Position numbers and translations under genes: made by a program
NCBI GenBank assembly: GCA_973895155.1
Contig: OZ316895.1
Coordinates: 11,763,919 to 11,827,918, forward strand
DNA from: Marsupella aquatica
Lineage: Eukaryota; Plantae; Marchantiophyta
Length of the DNA: 64,000 nt
Reading direction: 5' to 3'
In this document: positions 24,914-37,989 of the stretch, piece after piece
Numbering within the stretch: position 1 is the first letter of the stretch
Layout of the letters: each line of letters begins with the position of its first letter
Notes under the pieces: generated by a model
The model's database searches: none
The model's input: only the letters and a program-made list of their open reading frames with translations
Told to the model about the DNA's origin: nothing

Positions 24914-26284
24914 GCGATTGATGGATGTGGAGCGAGGGGACGGAAGTCTGATTGGGGGTTCTGCGCGACGCGTGTGGTTCTGGCATGAAGAGTTCGGTTC
25001 AGGTGTTGTGAAGGAAGAAGTGGGTTGTTGACCTGATTGCAAGGGTACAATTGCAACTTTTTCTTCTGCGAGGTAGGAGGCGGGAAGCGGGCGGCGGGGC
25101 TGGGATTGAGAGGGAGGAGGGCGAGGAGAAGTCAGAATTGAGGCCCAATCGGTAAGTCGTCGGGGTAGTATGCAAATGAGGTTTTGTCTACTTTAAGCAA
25201 TGGAACATTAGTCGCGCTGTGAGGCTTGCGCTGTGGCCGGATCTAAAGGCACGTCGGTCAGATGGATTTGAATCTCACCTCGGTAAAGTGTGAGAGACGA
25301 ATGCATGAGGTTTTTCCAATGTAGCAACGGACTTGGGAGATGTTTGGCAGACTACAGAGCTACATAGACGGGTCCCTTAGGGTTTTTGGTCCTCGGCGGA
25401 GGCTATCCATGCGGAGGCTATCCATGTTGTTCTACTCGGTGAACTGTCGTGACCAGGTCGTTCAGTCGAGATTGGATACTCCAGGCCGGTTTTTGAGCTG
25501 TAGGGAGGTTTTTGGCAGGGTGAGTGCGGTGCAGGCTAGTGAATGAGGGCTTAAATCGTTTCTTTGAAATCCGCGAGTGTCGGGTGGGAGAGCTAGTGGC
25601 AGATGTTTGCAGGGATCGCTTGCACTTATCCGTAGCGAGGATTGTGGAGAGTTCATCATGGCAGTACTGTTTTGACCTCGCTTGAGAAGTACCGTGTATG
25701 CGTACGCCTTGCTTCACACACCAGATCGCATTGTTCTGATGTAAGGGAAATTTATTCTGTTCGTCGTGTCTTCACGATTGACTTTCATCCTTGGCTTATC
25801 TGGAGCGGATCTGTCACACTGCTAGTGTATTAGAACCTATCGGTTATCTCGCTTCCTTTGGATCGCTGCAGAAGGACCCTCTTCGCTTCGCGACTTCGAT
25901 TCAGCGGTCAAATGACTGTTGTCGAGTATGAATTCCATGACCTCCTGTGGTGAATTGGATCGTAGAGCGACCGCGTTATTGTTATCCATAAGTTTCTGAA
26001 TGTGGCTTGTGACAAATTATCCTCGGCATCCCCCATGTAGCTTCGAATTACACCTCGCTCCCTTCGTCTCCAAATTGATCTCTTGTGAAAAATCTGGGTT
26101 AACAGAGTGTTCCCCTTTCGAATTGACCCGACCTTTGTCTTGAAAACGTGCAGGCCAACGTTCCTGGAGAAGAGAGTACCTTTGTATTAAAGTAAAGTCG
26201 TTTTTTTGTATCCAGCGGATGGATACAAGCAGATAGTCAGAATTGGCGGAAACTTCAACTAGTTTGCGTTCCTGGAGCGGAGAA

Positions 26285-28864
26285 ATGGGGTGTTTTGGCT
26301 GCTGCGAGGATGAGAGTCCAGAGCCAAAACCTGAACACAATTATCAATCCGGCGGCGGCTATCACGGAGGTATTTTGCGTTGTACAATATGGTCTTTTAG
26401 TTAATTCTTCTACGGTCTCCCTTTGCTGAAGGAGTGGTGCTTATGGAGCACAGGCATATCTGAATTTCCTTTGCCATCGACTCTTTCATGTCATGCGCAC
26501 ATTTAATTGTCATTCACTTAGAATTTACCTGTGTCATCGCTTGCAATGTGCTAAATATGATCCGGAATTCATCAAACCTAAATGTGTATTGTGAAATGAC
26601 TTCTGAAGCCGGCATTATGTCTGTCTTGCGAAGCTCATCCAAATACAAGAGCTCCAGATAGTCAGGCACCAAAACAAGGTGGTCTTGCACCAAAATTGCA
26701 GCCTATCTCTGCACCCGCGATTAGTATTGATGAACTTAGAGAGTCCACGGATAATTTTGGAGCAAAATCCTTGATTGGAGAGGGGTCATACGGAAGAGTG
26801 TACTATGCAACCTTACACGACGGACGGGCGGCAGCAATCAAGAAGCTGGATGCCAGTACTCAGCCTGACAATGAGTTTCTGTTACAGGTCTGTGGGTCTG
26901 AACTTATAGCTGCTCAGCGCACCCTTCCCAAGGTAGTAGGGTCTAGCAGAAACATGTGATTGATACTTTTCACTTGGTACGGATGTATCCTGATGGAATT
27001 ACCCGTCATTGATTGGAATGTATTATGGAATTGGGCTCGTCTTTGATTCGATGTATTCTCGGAGAGTGATTTTAAAAGCCCGATCCATTCTTCCTCTTTT
27101 CATAATTAAACAGACCCTGAACTATTTGTCTTCCAAATGTGCAGGTTTCAATGGTATCAAGGCTGAAGAATGAGAACGTTGTGGAGCTCATAGGGTACTG
27201 TTTAGATGGAGGCCAGCGAGTTTTGGCATATGAGTTTGCTACGTTTGGCTCCCTTCATGACATCTTACATGGTAGGAGTGTTGGCCAATCCTTTGCTTTC
27301 CAGTTCTAGTAGTTCCTAGTGTATGGCACCTAAACTTTGGCTAGATGACGTTCTGATGGTATACTCTATAATAGTGCCTAGCAACCAGATAGGACCTTAT
27401 CCTACTCTTATAGGTGTGTTCGTTTAGCTTTCAACCTCTTTTTGTGTGCAAACTCGTCATTTTGTATCCTTGTAGCTGAACTAGTTACCTGGATTAAGTA
27501 CGTGTTAGTATTTGAAATGTTTCGCAGGAAGGAAGGGAGTAAAAGGTGCACAACCAGGACCAGTGCTCGATTGGATGCAGCGTGTGAAAATTGCTGTTGG
27601 AGCTGCAAGAGGACTGGAATACCTCCATGAAAAAGCCCAGCCAGCCATCATTCATCGAGACATCAAGTCCAGTAATGTGTTGCTATTTGATGAATACATA
27701 GCCAAGATAGCTGATTTCAATCTTTCCAACCAGGCTCCGGATATGGCTGCCCGACTTCACTCTACTCGAGTTCTTGGAACATTCGGTTATCACGCTCCAG
27801 AGTTAGTTTCCTCCATCCTGTTGAGGAGTGTTGTTTGAAAAATGTTGTGTTACTCCCTGCGTCGCGAATCTGATTTGTGTTGCTCTGGTGGGACTCTTGC
27901 AAATGGTAGAAATTTCTTGTTTTCTGGTAAGCTCATTGAGAGGATGACCATTTCTGTCACTTATATCCTATGCCATGTTCCGGAAGTTCTGCTTGTGGCG
28001 CGTAACTGAAGTACCAATATTTTGACATTTCTGGAATTGGATTGTCCATGTGATGGGTAATTATTCCATTACGAAGACATCTTATCAACAGATTGTCCCC
28101 ATTTTTGCAGGTATGCAATGACAGGACAATTGACCCAAAAGAGTGATGTCTATAGTTTTGGGGTGGTTCTGTTGGAGCTACTCACTGGTAGAAAACCAGT
28201 AGACCACACAATGCCTCGTGGCCAACAAAGTCTTGTTACTTGGGTATGATCTCTACCAATTTGTTTTTGTTGGTCATCCATTGCGTATCATTTTGTGGAA
28301 GTCTGAAGATTGGCGCTTCCTCCCTTTGTCTTCGTTCGTAACCTTCTTATCTTTCGTACGAATTCCTACATTTTTACGAGTTCTGTTTATTTGATTATCA
28401 GTTTCTTGGTGGCCATGGATTCTATCTTATGACAATTCTTTGAATTCAATGTAATTTCAGGCAACTCCAAGGCTAAGCGAGGACAAAGTTAAGCAGTGTG
28501 TGGATCCGAAGTTGAGGGGAGAATACCCTCCCAAGGCGGTTGCCAAGGTGTGGGATCTTGATTAATTGTTCAAGAGTCTATCGGATCAATTTTTGTGCAG
28601 TCTGATTACAATTGTATTCTTCCTCGATTCTGTAACATATTGTTCATGATGCCTATGGATGGACACAACGTCGTAGATTTCCATTTAAATAATCTGAGCT
28701 GAGATTCATTGGACATGCAGATGGCGGCTGTGGCAGCTCTCTGTGTTCAATACGAGGCTGATTTTCGCCCAAACATGAGCATTGTGGTTAAAGCTCTACA
28801 ACCTCTGTTAACCGCACGGACAGCAGCAGCAGCACCCGTTGCAGGATCGCCTGGGAAAGATTGA
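26285..28864 (+). CDS. PTI1: PTI1-like (Pto-interacting 1) receptor-like cytoplasmic kinase, 7 coding exons, 367 aa
   Basis: Exons 26285-26369, 26634-26887, 27145-27271, 27528-27801, 28111-28243, 28461-28547 and 28721-28864 (1104 nt, in frame). MGCFGCC acylation motif, [57 protein letters not shown] and [14 protein letters not shown] are PTI1 signatures. Confidence 0.96.
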
Positions 28865-29559
28865 TATGGTTGCGTATTTTAAATAGCTATTTTGTTTTCT
28901 AGAGTGACTTTTGTGGTCGTTATGAATATTGTGGGCCGTGTGGGGTTCACAATTACGAGTTACCGGCAGGCATATGCTCATCTTGGACTGCCATTTTGCC
29001 TATCACACGCAACGTTAGTGTTCAACCCAACTCTGACCTGGTTAGTGTCACGGTTATCCAGATTGAAGGGACGTCGCTAGCGTGGCACTGAGAGCATCAA
29101 AGTCTCCCGAGTTTGTGAGGAATGCCATGGAAGCTATGAGTGGGAGGTTGAGCCCTCGCGATTGAATGCCCCGGTAGTCTACATTGGGCAGTGTACAAAT
29201 ATAAAGAGATTCCAATGGCCACTCGCGCGACTTAGTTTCGGTGGTATAGCGTTGTGGAACTGGTTTTTGGACACGACCTTGTCGACGCTTTGCACCATAT
29301 GGACTTGAATGCGGCCCATGAAATGCTATCACGGTGAGAGAGCAGTACCCCACCTCTGCACCCAGGACACCGGACTGCACCAGAGCTTCCAATATCCCAC
29401 TGAGGAGATCAATTATTTATATGCAGGATCTTGTCAATTTTTCTTCATTTAAGGTCAACTCGAATTGTAGTTTACAAATTTGATCATAGGATAGCGTCTT
29501 TTCCTCTCAAGTAATTTAAGTAAGTGACTTACGAAGAGATCTGCGTGTTCCATGAAATG

Positions 29560-30560
29560 ACGCCATTGCAAGCACCTGGTGCGCAATCAAACCTCTTTTG
29601 TCGAAAAAATTCGAGACACACCGGGTTGTGTATTTTAATTTCTTGAACTCGTCATGCTAGTCAGAAACTTACAAATACTGTGCTCAATTTTGTCAACTCG
29701 TCTTTCTAGTTGTACTTCTAGTTAGACAGTCAACTTTTGCATATGAACTGTATGTTTAAATTTCTTGAACTGTCTTTCTACTTCTAGTTCTACTTGGAGA
29801 AGTAAAATTTGCATATGTACTCAGCTGTGACTTATTCCTCTGCATATCCACATGAATCTGGCCATTCTGGCCATTGTTCTAAGTTGTGTCTTCCATGTGG
29901 CAGCCAGAATTTGGATACGGTTTTAGTATCTAATCCTGTGGCCCCAGTTTCCATGGCTCATGATTTGACCACTTGTGTTTCCTTCCGATGAGATACCTCT
30001 GAGGATGCAGTAGTCAGTTTTCTAAGAAATCCGAACTGTATGTGTCTGGACGAATGTGAAGGCATATCCTTGCAGGTTCCTTCAAATAATGTTTTGCATT
30101 CTGGCCCGTTTTGCTTTGCTTGGTTTTTCGTTTTTAATGCTATATTTTAGAAATTTAGAACCATCTTAAGGAAACTCCTCTAAGCTGGCATAGCCATGAG
30201 GGGTTTATTAACGAAGCCACTCTTGGCATTGCAATCTGCTCATCCTCGTGCACCAGAAGGGTTGACTTTGCCTGACATTGCACAATCATGATTGATGTCA
30301 AGGACCTGATTGAGGGACATTCTTCACAACACCTGGATTCTTCCTTCTAAATTCTCCCTTAGCCTTGGTGAAATGCAGCTTGATTTTCCCCCAGTACATA
30401 TCAGACTTTGTTGGGCTCCAACGGCAGAGCACGAGCTGCAAGCAAGCCAGGACCTGGCAATCTGCTTGATCTCCATGTTACTAAACTTTGCCTGCTTCCT
30501 TTGCTCTGCCATTGCCTGTCATTGGAGACATGGTGTGCATGCCAGAAAATAGAGGTTGAT
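29560..30560 (-). pseudogene. Decayed Harbinger ORF1-like Myb/SANT (NAM-associated-type) gene
   Basis: KFSNMEIKQIARSWLACSSCSAVGAQQ, then after a frameshift YWGKIKLHF, NPSGAR, coiled-coil-like LEVQLERRVDKIE and NPVCLEFFRQKR. This matches the pattern of the PIF/Harbinger DNA-binding ORF. Confidence 0.5.
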
Positions 30561-31167
30561 GAATTGGGATGTGTGGAGAGAGAGATGCACGCGAGCAAAA
30601 AAAAACTTCAGATTGGACAGGAGTGTGCATCAGCATGAAGGCAAAGCCCATGAGGAACATGAAATGTCTTCAAAACAGTGTTGCTTTTCTTCCGCCCCGC
30701 ATGGGCCATTCATCTTGCACGGAGTGTAGAGCTCCCTCCATTGTCTGATTCCAATCTGTCGCAACCCTGACGGCTGGTCAATGTGCTATACCGGCCAAAT
30801 TATAGCGGTCCTGTCTGGAAAACCTGTTCCCAAAATGTATGTTCGTGTTCTTTTTTGCCTCGAAAAAACCAAACAAATTCCATTCATAAGGCCAGAATAC
30901 AAAACGGGGGGCCCAAAAAAGGGCACCCCCAAGGGGACCATGAGGTCAAGGTGCCGGGGCCGGTGAAGCCGGAACCAGGGAAGAAACTGAGCCTCCTACA
31001 AGGCAACCAAACAAGGGATTTGGAAACTACAACGGGAGCAGCACACTCCCAAAGACCGGCCAGTGCAAAGGGGCCTGCGGGGTCCCTTGCAGTGGATCCA
31101 TGATAAGGTGGGAACACTCTATCAGTCTAGCAGTAGTGCAGCTTCAAAACCTGCAGTGATGTATTGC

Positions 31168-34100
31168 TCAAGGGGGACGTGGGGGGACCGGTTAGACTTG
31201 GAGGATATCATCATGGAGGAGCCACAGTCCATTCCATGTGCCATAATCCCGAGACATTGCGTGGTGGGCCTCGCTGAAGGTGGACTTCCCAGTGCGAATC
31301 TTTGTTTTGTGCTGGGCCCAATCACGTCTGAGGTAAATGCCGAGTCGATACCATACTTTCTGGATAACCCCTTGTGGATTGGGCCTGGTGTGTTCGATGA
31401 AATGCACACACCGCTCCTTCCAGATGTGCCAACAGAGGACAGCTCTGGTGATGTGCCAGAGTTTATCAGGTACATCCCATTCATCCGGTAGTGGGGCCCC
31501 GACGAAGATGTGAGCGGGGAGTAGTTGTATTCGGTTCCCTTGAGTGAAGGCGCAGTGTCTCAAAATGAATTGGAGCCATGCCCAAACTACTTGTGACTTA
31601 GTGCACTCCCAGATGCAGTGAACAATGTCTTCCTGTTGATTTTGTTCACATCTAGTACACCAGGTAGTCGGATCAGTCATTGGTGACTTGGGGAATCGCC
31701 AGTGTTGCGTGGCTGGAATCCGGTAAATCAATTGCCAGAGGAAGCAATTCTCTCTTGCCGCGCGGAAAGAGAGCCAGGTGCATGTCCACAGTGTTCGAGA
31801 ATTGGGGGTCCAATCTAGCCTGAGTGCCCACTTGTGTATTGCCTTATGTAGGATGTCCGGGTGCCGCCCTTGTAATTTGCGTAGGTGGGCTGTGGAAGTG
31901 TCCAGGAGTGGAAGACCATCCTTCCACTCGTATTGCAACAGGGGGGCAAGGGTGCCTGTAGGTCTTCCAACGCGCAGACGATTTCCAGTGCCCTGTATTC
32001 GAACAAGTACCCGGTGCAAGAGTGTTTGTGTTGGAGGAGCAAAATTGTCGTTCTTGCATGGGAAGCCATTAGTGACCTTGAAAGTCCTCTTAGGGGAGGA
32101 GGTGTCCTGGGAGAAATGCCATTGGGACGTTATGAATCTGCGCTGGGTCAAATATTCCCAGATGTACTGAATCCCATTAGATAGCGTTGCCTCCATGTAG
32201 ATCGGGATAACTTCATTGGGATCGCTGTGCAGCTCGGGAACAGACTTAAGATTGTCAATCATCCTTTGATAAGCCCGAGCACAGTTGCCAGGCAGCCTGT
32301 CACAGGGACCGTCCTCCCACCTGATAAAATTGCCCCTGGCATCTAAGACATCCCGCATAAACTGGAAGCCGGCCCTCTGGATTTTACGTTGAGGGTTACT
32401 ATGACATTTCACCAGCGTGGGGTTGATGTGGTTGAGGTGCGGGCCCCAGAGGGGGAGGTCGCTCCAGCCTTCCAAATGCCCCGGGGGTGCGGGACGTAAG
32501 TTTTTCTTCAGGACATTCCAGGCTGTGCAAATGTTGACCCAAACCCGAGAGCCATCACGTGGTAGAGTGTGGCATGGTGTGAAGGCCCATGTGAAATCAT
32601 CCGCTCCCCACTTCTGTATTGAAAGACGCCTGATTTCATATTGAAGAATCTTCCTTAAGGGGTGCTCCCCTTCAGCCAACGCCCAGATAATGAAGTTTCC
32701 TACCAAGGCCCGGAATTGCGCAGCCAAAGAGATCAACCCCAAGCCTCCATGCTTCTTCGGCTTGGTGATAGTTGCAAGGTCCACCCGGGATCTAGCCTTA
32801 AGATTTTGTCCTGCCCACACAAAGGCAGTGATTTTCTTCTGTAAGCTATCCAAGGTGGAGTGCTGGCCGGCCCAAACAGTGAGTGAGAACCAAAGGGTGC
32901 TCAGAACAAGGTGATTAGCCACAGCTACCCGAGCGACAAGAGAGCCAGAGGTCTTACGGACTCGATCCAGATTGGATTCAAGCTTCTCTGATAGGGTTTG
33001 GACCATTTGCTTTTCCGAAATATGTTGGGCGAGAGGGATCCCCAGAAGTTTTGTGGCGTTATGATCATCCTCCCACGTCCAAGGTAGACGTCTGAATTCA
33101 AGTGGGACCCTGTTTGGGGAGATGAAGGCAGCCTTGGTTTTCTCCCAGGCACAGAAGAGGCCGAAGGCTAAGCCAAAGAGGTCCAGGACCTGCTTACAGC
33201 GGTTGATGAATTGCATCACAGCCCGGATAATCAATGCAATATCATCAGCAAATAGACTGTGCACGTTGTGCACCCCCAGGTGTTGGATATCGACTCCTCG
33301 TATCAGACCCCTATCGACCTCCCAGGAAAGCATGGCACTAAGCGAGTCAATTGCAATGAGGAAGAGTAGTGGTGAAAGGGGGCATCCTTGCCTCACAGAT
33401 CGTGCCAGGCAGAATGGTGAAGCCATTTTCCCATTGATCAGTACCGCTGAAGACGCTGAAGCATGTGTTGCCACCATAAATTGCGTGAGAAGCCCACCGA
33501 AACCAGCCTTCTCCATAAGAGCCATGAGAAAGTGCCATTCCAGCTTGTCAAAGGCCTTGATGACGTCCAATTTCATCAAAATGTATTCCATCCCAGAGGC
33601 CTCCGCATGGTGCAACGTCTCATTGAGAAGCATTAGGGAATGATGGATGTTCCGTCCTGGAAGAAAGGCGAATTGTTGAGGCGAAATGTACCTTTGTAGG
33701 ACCGGAGTGAGACGCATCTGCAAAGCCTTGGCTGCAATCTTGTGGGCCACGTTCAAGAGGGTTATGGGGCGCTTATTGGATAAAGATCGCTAGTCATCCT
33801 TCTTTGGTAGAAGGACAATCAAGCCCCGGGTGATATCAGGTGAGAAATTCCCATCTTCCATACCCTGTAGCAATGCTCTATGAAGTGAAGGACCCACCAT
33901 CGTCCAATTGGCAGTGAAAAATTCTACAGGGACCCCATCGGGGCCAGGACACTTGTTATTGGCAAGAGTAGTAGCCGCATTCCCAAGTTCAGCCACCGTG
34001 AGGGGGGCGTTCAGTAAGTTCTGGTCTGCCAAAGTAATGCATTTGGTCTGATGCGCTAGAACATTTGCCACCTGCTCCCAGTGAGAGCCGGCAGTTTGAC

Positions 34101-35457
34101 CAAGAATTTCTTGGAAGAAGTTAGTAGCCGTGGTGGCCAGATCTTCCCACCCATTGACCACCCGATCATCCGGTGTGAGCAATTCATTGATTTCCTTAGT
34201 TCTGGCCAATCCTTTGAAGCTACGGAAGAAAAGCTTGGAGCATTTATCACCTTCCCCAATCCATCGTGATTGCAAGATGAAGTCCATCCACTGCACACGT
34301 TCAACCTCAAACTCCAGGAGCAAGTGTTCAGCCTCCCGGACTGCCTCCTGACAAGTAAGGCTCTGTGGGTCCCGTTCAAGGTGGAATTGAGCCAGGGCCA
34401 CAATGGCACGGATTGAGGCTTCCCTTTGACGTCGTTCTGCAGCCTTCCTCTTTCCCCAACACCGATCAATCTTCCGGGCTTTCTTCAGGCAACGCGTGAG
34501 AGTCAAGGCTGCTCCCAGGCCCCTAGATTGGCACAATTCCTCCTCCTTGACCCACATTTGTTGGATTCTCTCTTGAAAGTCGCCCTGGTGCTGATGACTG
34601 ACATTCATACGATGTATTGAGTAGCGTTTAGTGTGCGCATTGAGGGTAAGAGTGGCAACAACTGGGGCATGATCCGAAAGTGTGATGCCAGGTAGGATGG
34701 TAGAGGAGATCGCAAATGGTTCCAGACGTGTGTTGTTGGAGATGTAAATTCGGTCAAGCCTTCTCAGGACCCTATCGCCTCTCAGTTGAGCGGGTACTGT
34801 ATTAGGCAGGTGCCGAAAAGATTTGTTGTTATCCCAGCTAAACCGGAGGTGGCCAGCCCGCTCCAAAAAGGTATCTGTGAGATGCAATCTTCTAGTAAGA
34901 TGGCGTCAGGCTCTCTTCTCACTGCCTGCAATGGTGGAGCCATTCCCCCCCCCCCGGTGATCAGATTCCAGTTCAATCATGTTGAAATCCCCGAGTAAGA
35001 TCCAAGTGAAGGAGGGATCCAGGCGATTGAAGAGTTCCCTCCAGAGGTTCGTCCTCTCCCTAGCAGAGTTCGGGGCATAAATTCCAAGGAATCCCACCTT
35101 CCCCAGTTTGGGGTGCGTCATGCAACACCAAGCAGCCCGTCCACCATCAAGAATTCCTTCAGAGCTCACCTGGTGGAAAAGGGTTTTCCTAATGGCAAGC
35201 GCCATCCCACCTGATCCAGCCTCCACTCTATTATTACGGATGGAGTGTACCCCATCTGCAGCCGGAGCACAAACCCAGTGTGCATGTTTCCATACTTCTT
35301 GCAATTTGAAGATCTTTCCTGCACGGAGTTTATGCTCCTGGATGCAAAGGATGTCAGGGGAATGTTGTAGCCCCTCCAGGATGAAGCGAGCCCTTAGTCG
35401 TCGCCGCCGTGAAGCCAATCCCCGCATGTTGTAGGTCAAGATGGTGAGATGGGACAT
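31168..35457 (-). pseudogene. L1 ORF2 (APE endonuclease, reverse transcriptase, C-terminal zinc finger), about 1430 codons with in-frame stops
   Basis: One frame throughout: TYNMRGL, CIQEHK, LGDFN, RLDRIY, SDHAPV; PGPDG, RPITLLN, KLDVIKAFDKL, RQGCPLSP, SLFADD; CTRC..EDIVHCIWEC. Stops at 34906-34908, 33790-33792 and 31192-31194. Confidence 0.93.
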
Positions 35458-37138
35458 CCTGTGAAGGAGGAATTCTAAGGCTGGAAACAGTATGGTGTGT
35501 GGGCTCGCCTAGCCTGGGGCGCTTGGAACGAGAGGGGGTGTCGCTAGGTGAGAGGGGTAACGGATCAGAGTCTGTCTCGGAGGATTCGTGTGGGAATTGA
35601 CGCTTACGGATGGTAACGTTCCCAGTGTCGATGGGGAGATTAAGAGGAGATGCAGTGGGCAATGGCACGTCAGGAAGGAGCGCGGGTGTCACCACAACAG
35701 TAACCGGCAAGGTCGTCTTCTCTGGCGTTGGTGTTACTCCCCCTGCTTGAGATGGTCAGACCACCCAAACCTTCTTTGGTGGTTTCCGGGAATTCTGGGT
35801 AGGTTGTGTTGGGGTGATGGAGGCAATGGGTTCCAGTGAGGATCCCGCAGTGATGGATCCCGAAGTGATGTGCTTATCCCCTCTGCATGCCTGTCGTTGA
35901 GAATGTGGTTCTCGCTGGTTGCCTAGGGAACCCCGAGGGGTCTTGGTGATTCCGCTGCCCAAGTGCCGACTGCGTTTCCGGGGGGCTCTGGGGGTGGCCC
36001 TGTGCTGGTTGCGATGGGAAGAGTGGGTGGGTTGTGACCCGATGGAGCCCTTGGTAGCGGAGGATGTTGGGTCCACTCCAATCTTGGAGGCCTGTTCCGC
36101 TTCAAAGATGGTAGCCCTTTCCGCAAGATTTTGCAGCTCCGCTTCCTCCCGTTGATGTTGTTCTTCGGCCCGACCCCTCCAGTAATCCGCTTCTGCACGT
36201 GCTTTGTTGGCCGCTTCCTGGTAATGCTGAAACACCACCTGATCCAATCTTATTTTCTGCTTCGAGGTGTTGGAGTCGACCGGATGAACAACTTCCTCTC
36301 CTGGGGCGTTGAATTGTAGGTCCTGACTTTTGAGGAGTGGGGGTCGGGGCAGCTTACACTTGGAGGCGAAGTGTCTGTAAGAAAAGCAGAAACAGCATCG
36401 GAGGTTCCTGCCAATGTAATCAAAGTAAACGGTGGTAATGCCAGGGTTGCTGAGTTGGATTTTACCGTAGGCCGGGAATACCTTGAGTGTGGTTTCAACG
36501 ACCGCTGAGATGCGATGTTGTTCGGTGCCTGGCGCCAACTTAGCACGTATGAATCGTCCAATCGGGGCCACCACAAATTTGATATATTCGTAGATCTCCG
36601 GGTTCCCGTGATTGATGTAAACTGAGGCCAGGTGTTTGAAATCCCGAATGTTGCAGGGTTCAAAATTTGCCGTGTAATCATTGACCGCTGCAAACCTGTC
36701 CAGAGCTTTGAGAGGGGATGCGTTTAGTAAGCTCTTTTTGATGTGGTCCCCTAAGTTAGCATCAAATTGTACTACAAATAAGGCCTGGGGGAGCTCATCG
36801 TGTAAGGACAATTTGATGTCGTTCTCCTGATTGTATGCTGCAATCCACTCTTTGGCTAAACGAGAGTCAAACTCAGATTCAAATCCAAGCACAACTTTGT
36901 TCCCGTAGATCCTCCGTGTCCCGAGCTGCAGGAGTTCCTTCGGAATGTACAAGATATCTTGTGGCACAATGGTGGGAATGGGGATGAGGCGTCGATCGCC
37001 TTGTGATTTGCCGGTAGGGGCAATCCGCGTCTCAGCATGGGGTCTTATGGTCGCAGACTGGGCTGGTGTAAGCTTCGCGGAGTGTCTCGATGAACTGCTA
37101 GCCATGTCACCCGGTAGATTACGTCGAAACCCGTGCAA
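35354..37138 (-). pseudogene. L1 ORF1 with CCHC knuckle and one in-frame stop
   Basis: ORFs 35756-37138 and 35354-35710 share a frame, separated by TGA at 35756-35758. Knuckle CFCFSYRHFASKC and a low-complexity tail. Overlaps the ORF2 start by about 100 nt. Confidence 0.8.
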
Positions 37139-37989
37139 GGGTGTTGATCACCACTTGACAGGTCGAGGTACTGCTTGAGCAAAGTCGCCTTGTGTAGTGT
37201 TGCCGTGGGACGAATTTGGTCAGAGATTTGGAAGCCAATCCTCCTCGAAACCACCCTGTGTCAAGTGAGAGTGTGGATGCCAGGGTGTGAGAAACGCAAC
37301 AATTTTGGCTGTTGAGTCGATTTCTTTGCGCAAACGTGGAGTTTCGGCAGTTAGGCTGAGTACGCAGGGCTAAGTGAGAAAGACCCAGGTGTGTGGGAAG
37401 GGCTACGTGTTACCCTAAGTAATTCTCAATTAGCTGTTGGTATGAGACAAAGGAGGGTGAACTTAATCACACCGTTAAGCAATCCGGTAGTAAAGGACAA
37501 AGGCGCCGAGAGGCTGAGAAAAGAAGCGCGTTTGAAAAATTCACTCAAACGGCAGGGCGGAGAATTCGGGAATGTCGTGATTTAACTTGTACCATTCCGG
37601 GAATTCAAAAGGGCGGGCGAGTTACCATCCTAGCCCAACATGAAATCAAAACTAAGTGTCCATGTCGATCCGCTGTCCAGAGCCTCCCGTTCACTCCCCT
37701 CACCGGTATTCACGGAGCTCTACATCGTGTCCAAAGCCACGATGACATTCGTCAAATCGTCACACACGCGAAATAGAGAAAACAAATCAAGCTGTCAGTC
37801 TGCACACCAAATGTGATGAGTTCGTTTGACCGTTCTCACATCGCAAAAGTCATGCCAACGTATGTTGGTGTTCTTGTCAGTGTGTTGGACCTGACTTTTA
37901 GAGATTTGCTTAGTGGGTTGTTTCAAAACCGTGGCCCAGTAACCAAACCCCGTTGGGTTGGAGATGCCCTAAGCACTCTACAATATTTT

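Larger units (their letters stand above)
30853..37859 (-). mobile_element. Full-length L1-clade LINE, about 7.0 kb
   Basis: Contains ORF1 and ORF2. 16-bp TSD GTATGTTCGTGTTCTT (30837-30852) / GTATGTTGGTGTTCTT (37860-37875), 15/16 match. Very short A tail (T run at 30851-30856). Confidence 0.93.
29560..37969 (-). mobile_element. PIF/Harbinger-like relic interrupted by the L1 element
   Basis: Right end TTGGAGATGCCC (37958-37969, reverse complement GGGCATCTCCAA) followed by TAA, typical of a Harbinger/Tourist TIR and TSD. A decayed Myb/SANT-like ORF lies left of the LINE. Left TIR not found, so the left boundary is approximate. Confidence 0.55.

Noticed and set aside
14199-28864. CRT3 plus PTI1 as an immunity gene cluster
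   Set aside because: Both have immune links in angiosperms, but adjacency of two genes is not evidence without conserved synteny or co-expression.
31168-37138. Stop codons repaired by RNA editing or readthrough
   Set aside because: U-to-C editing in plants is organellar. The stops fit ordinary C>T/G>A decay of methylated transposon DNA.
31063-37178. Plus-strand ORFs inside the LINE (e.g. 33122-33643, 31063-31491)
   Set aside because: They are antisense shadows of ORF1/ORF2 with no recognisable motifs.
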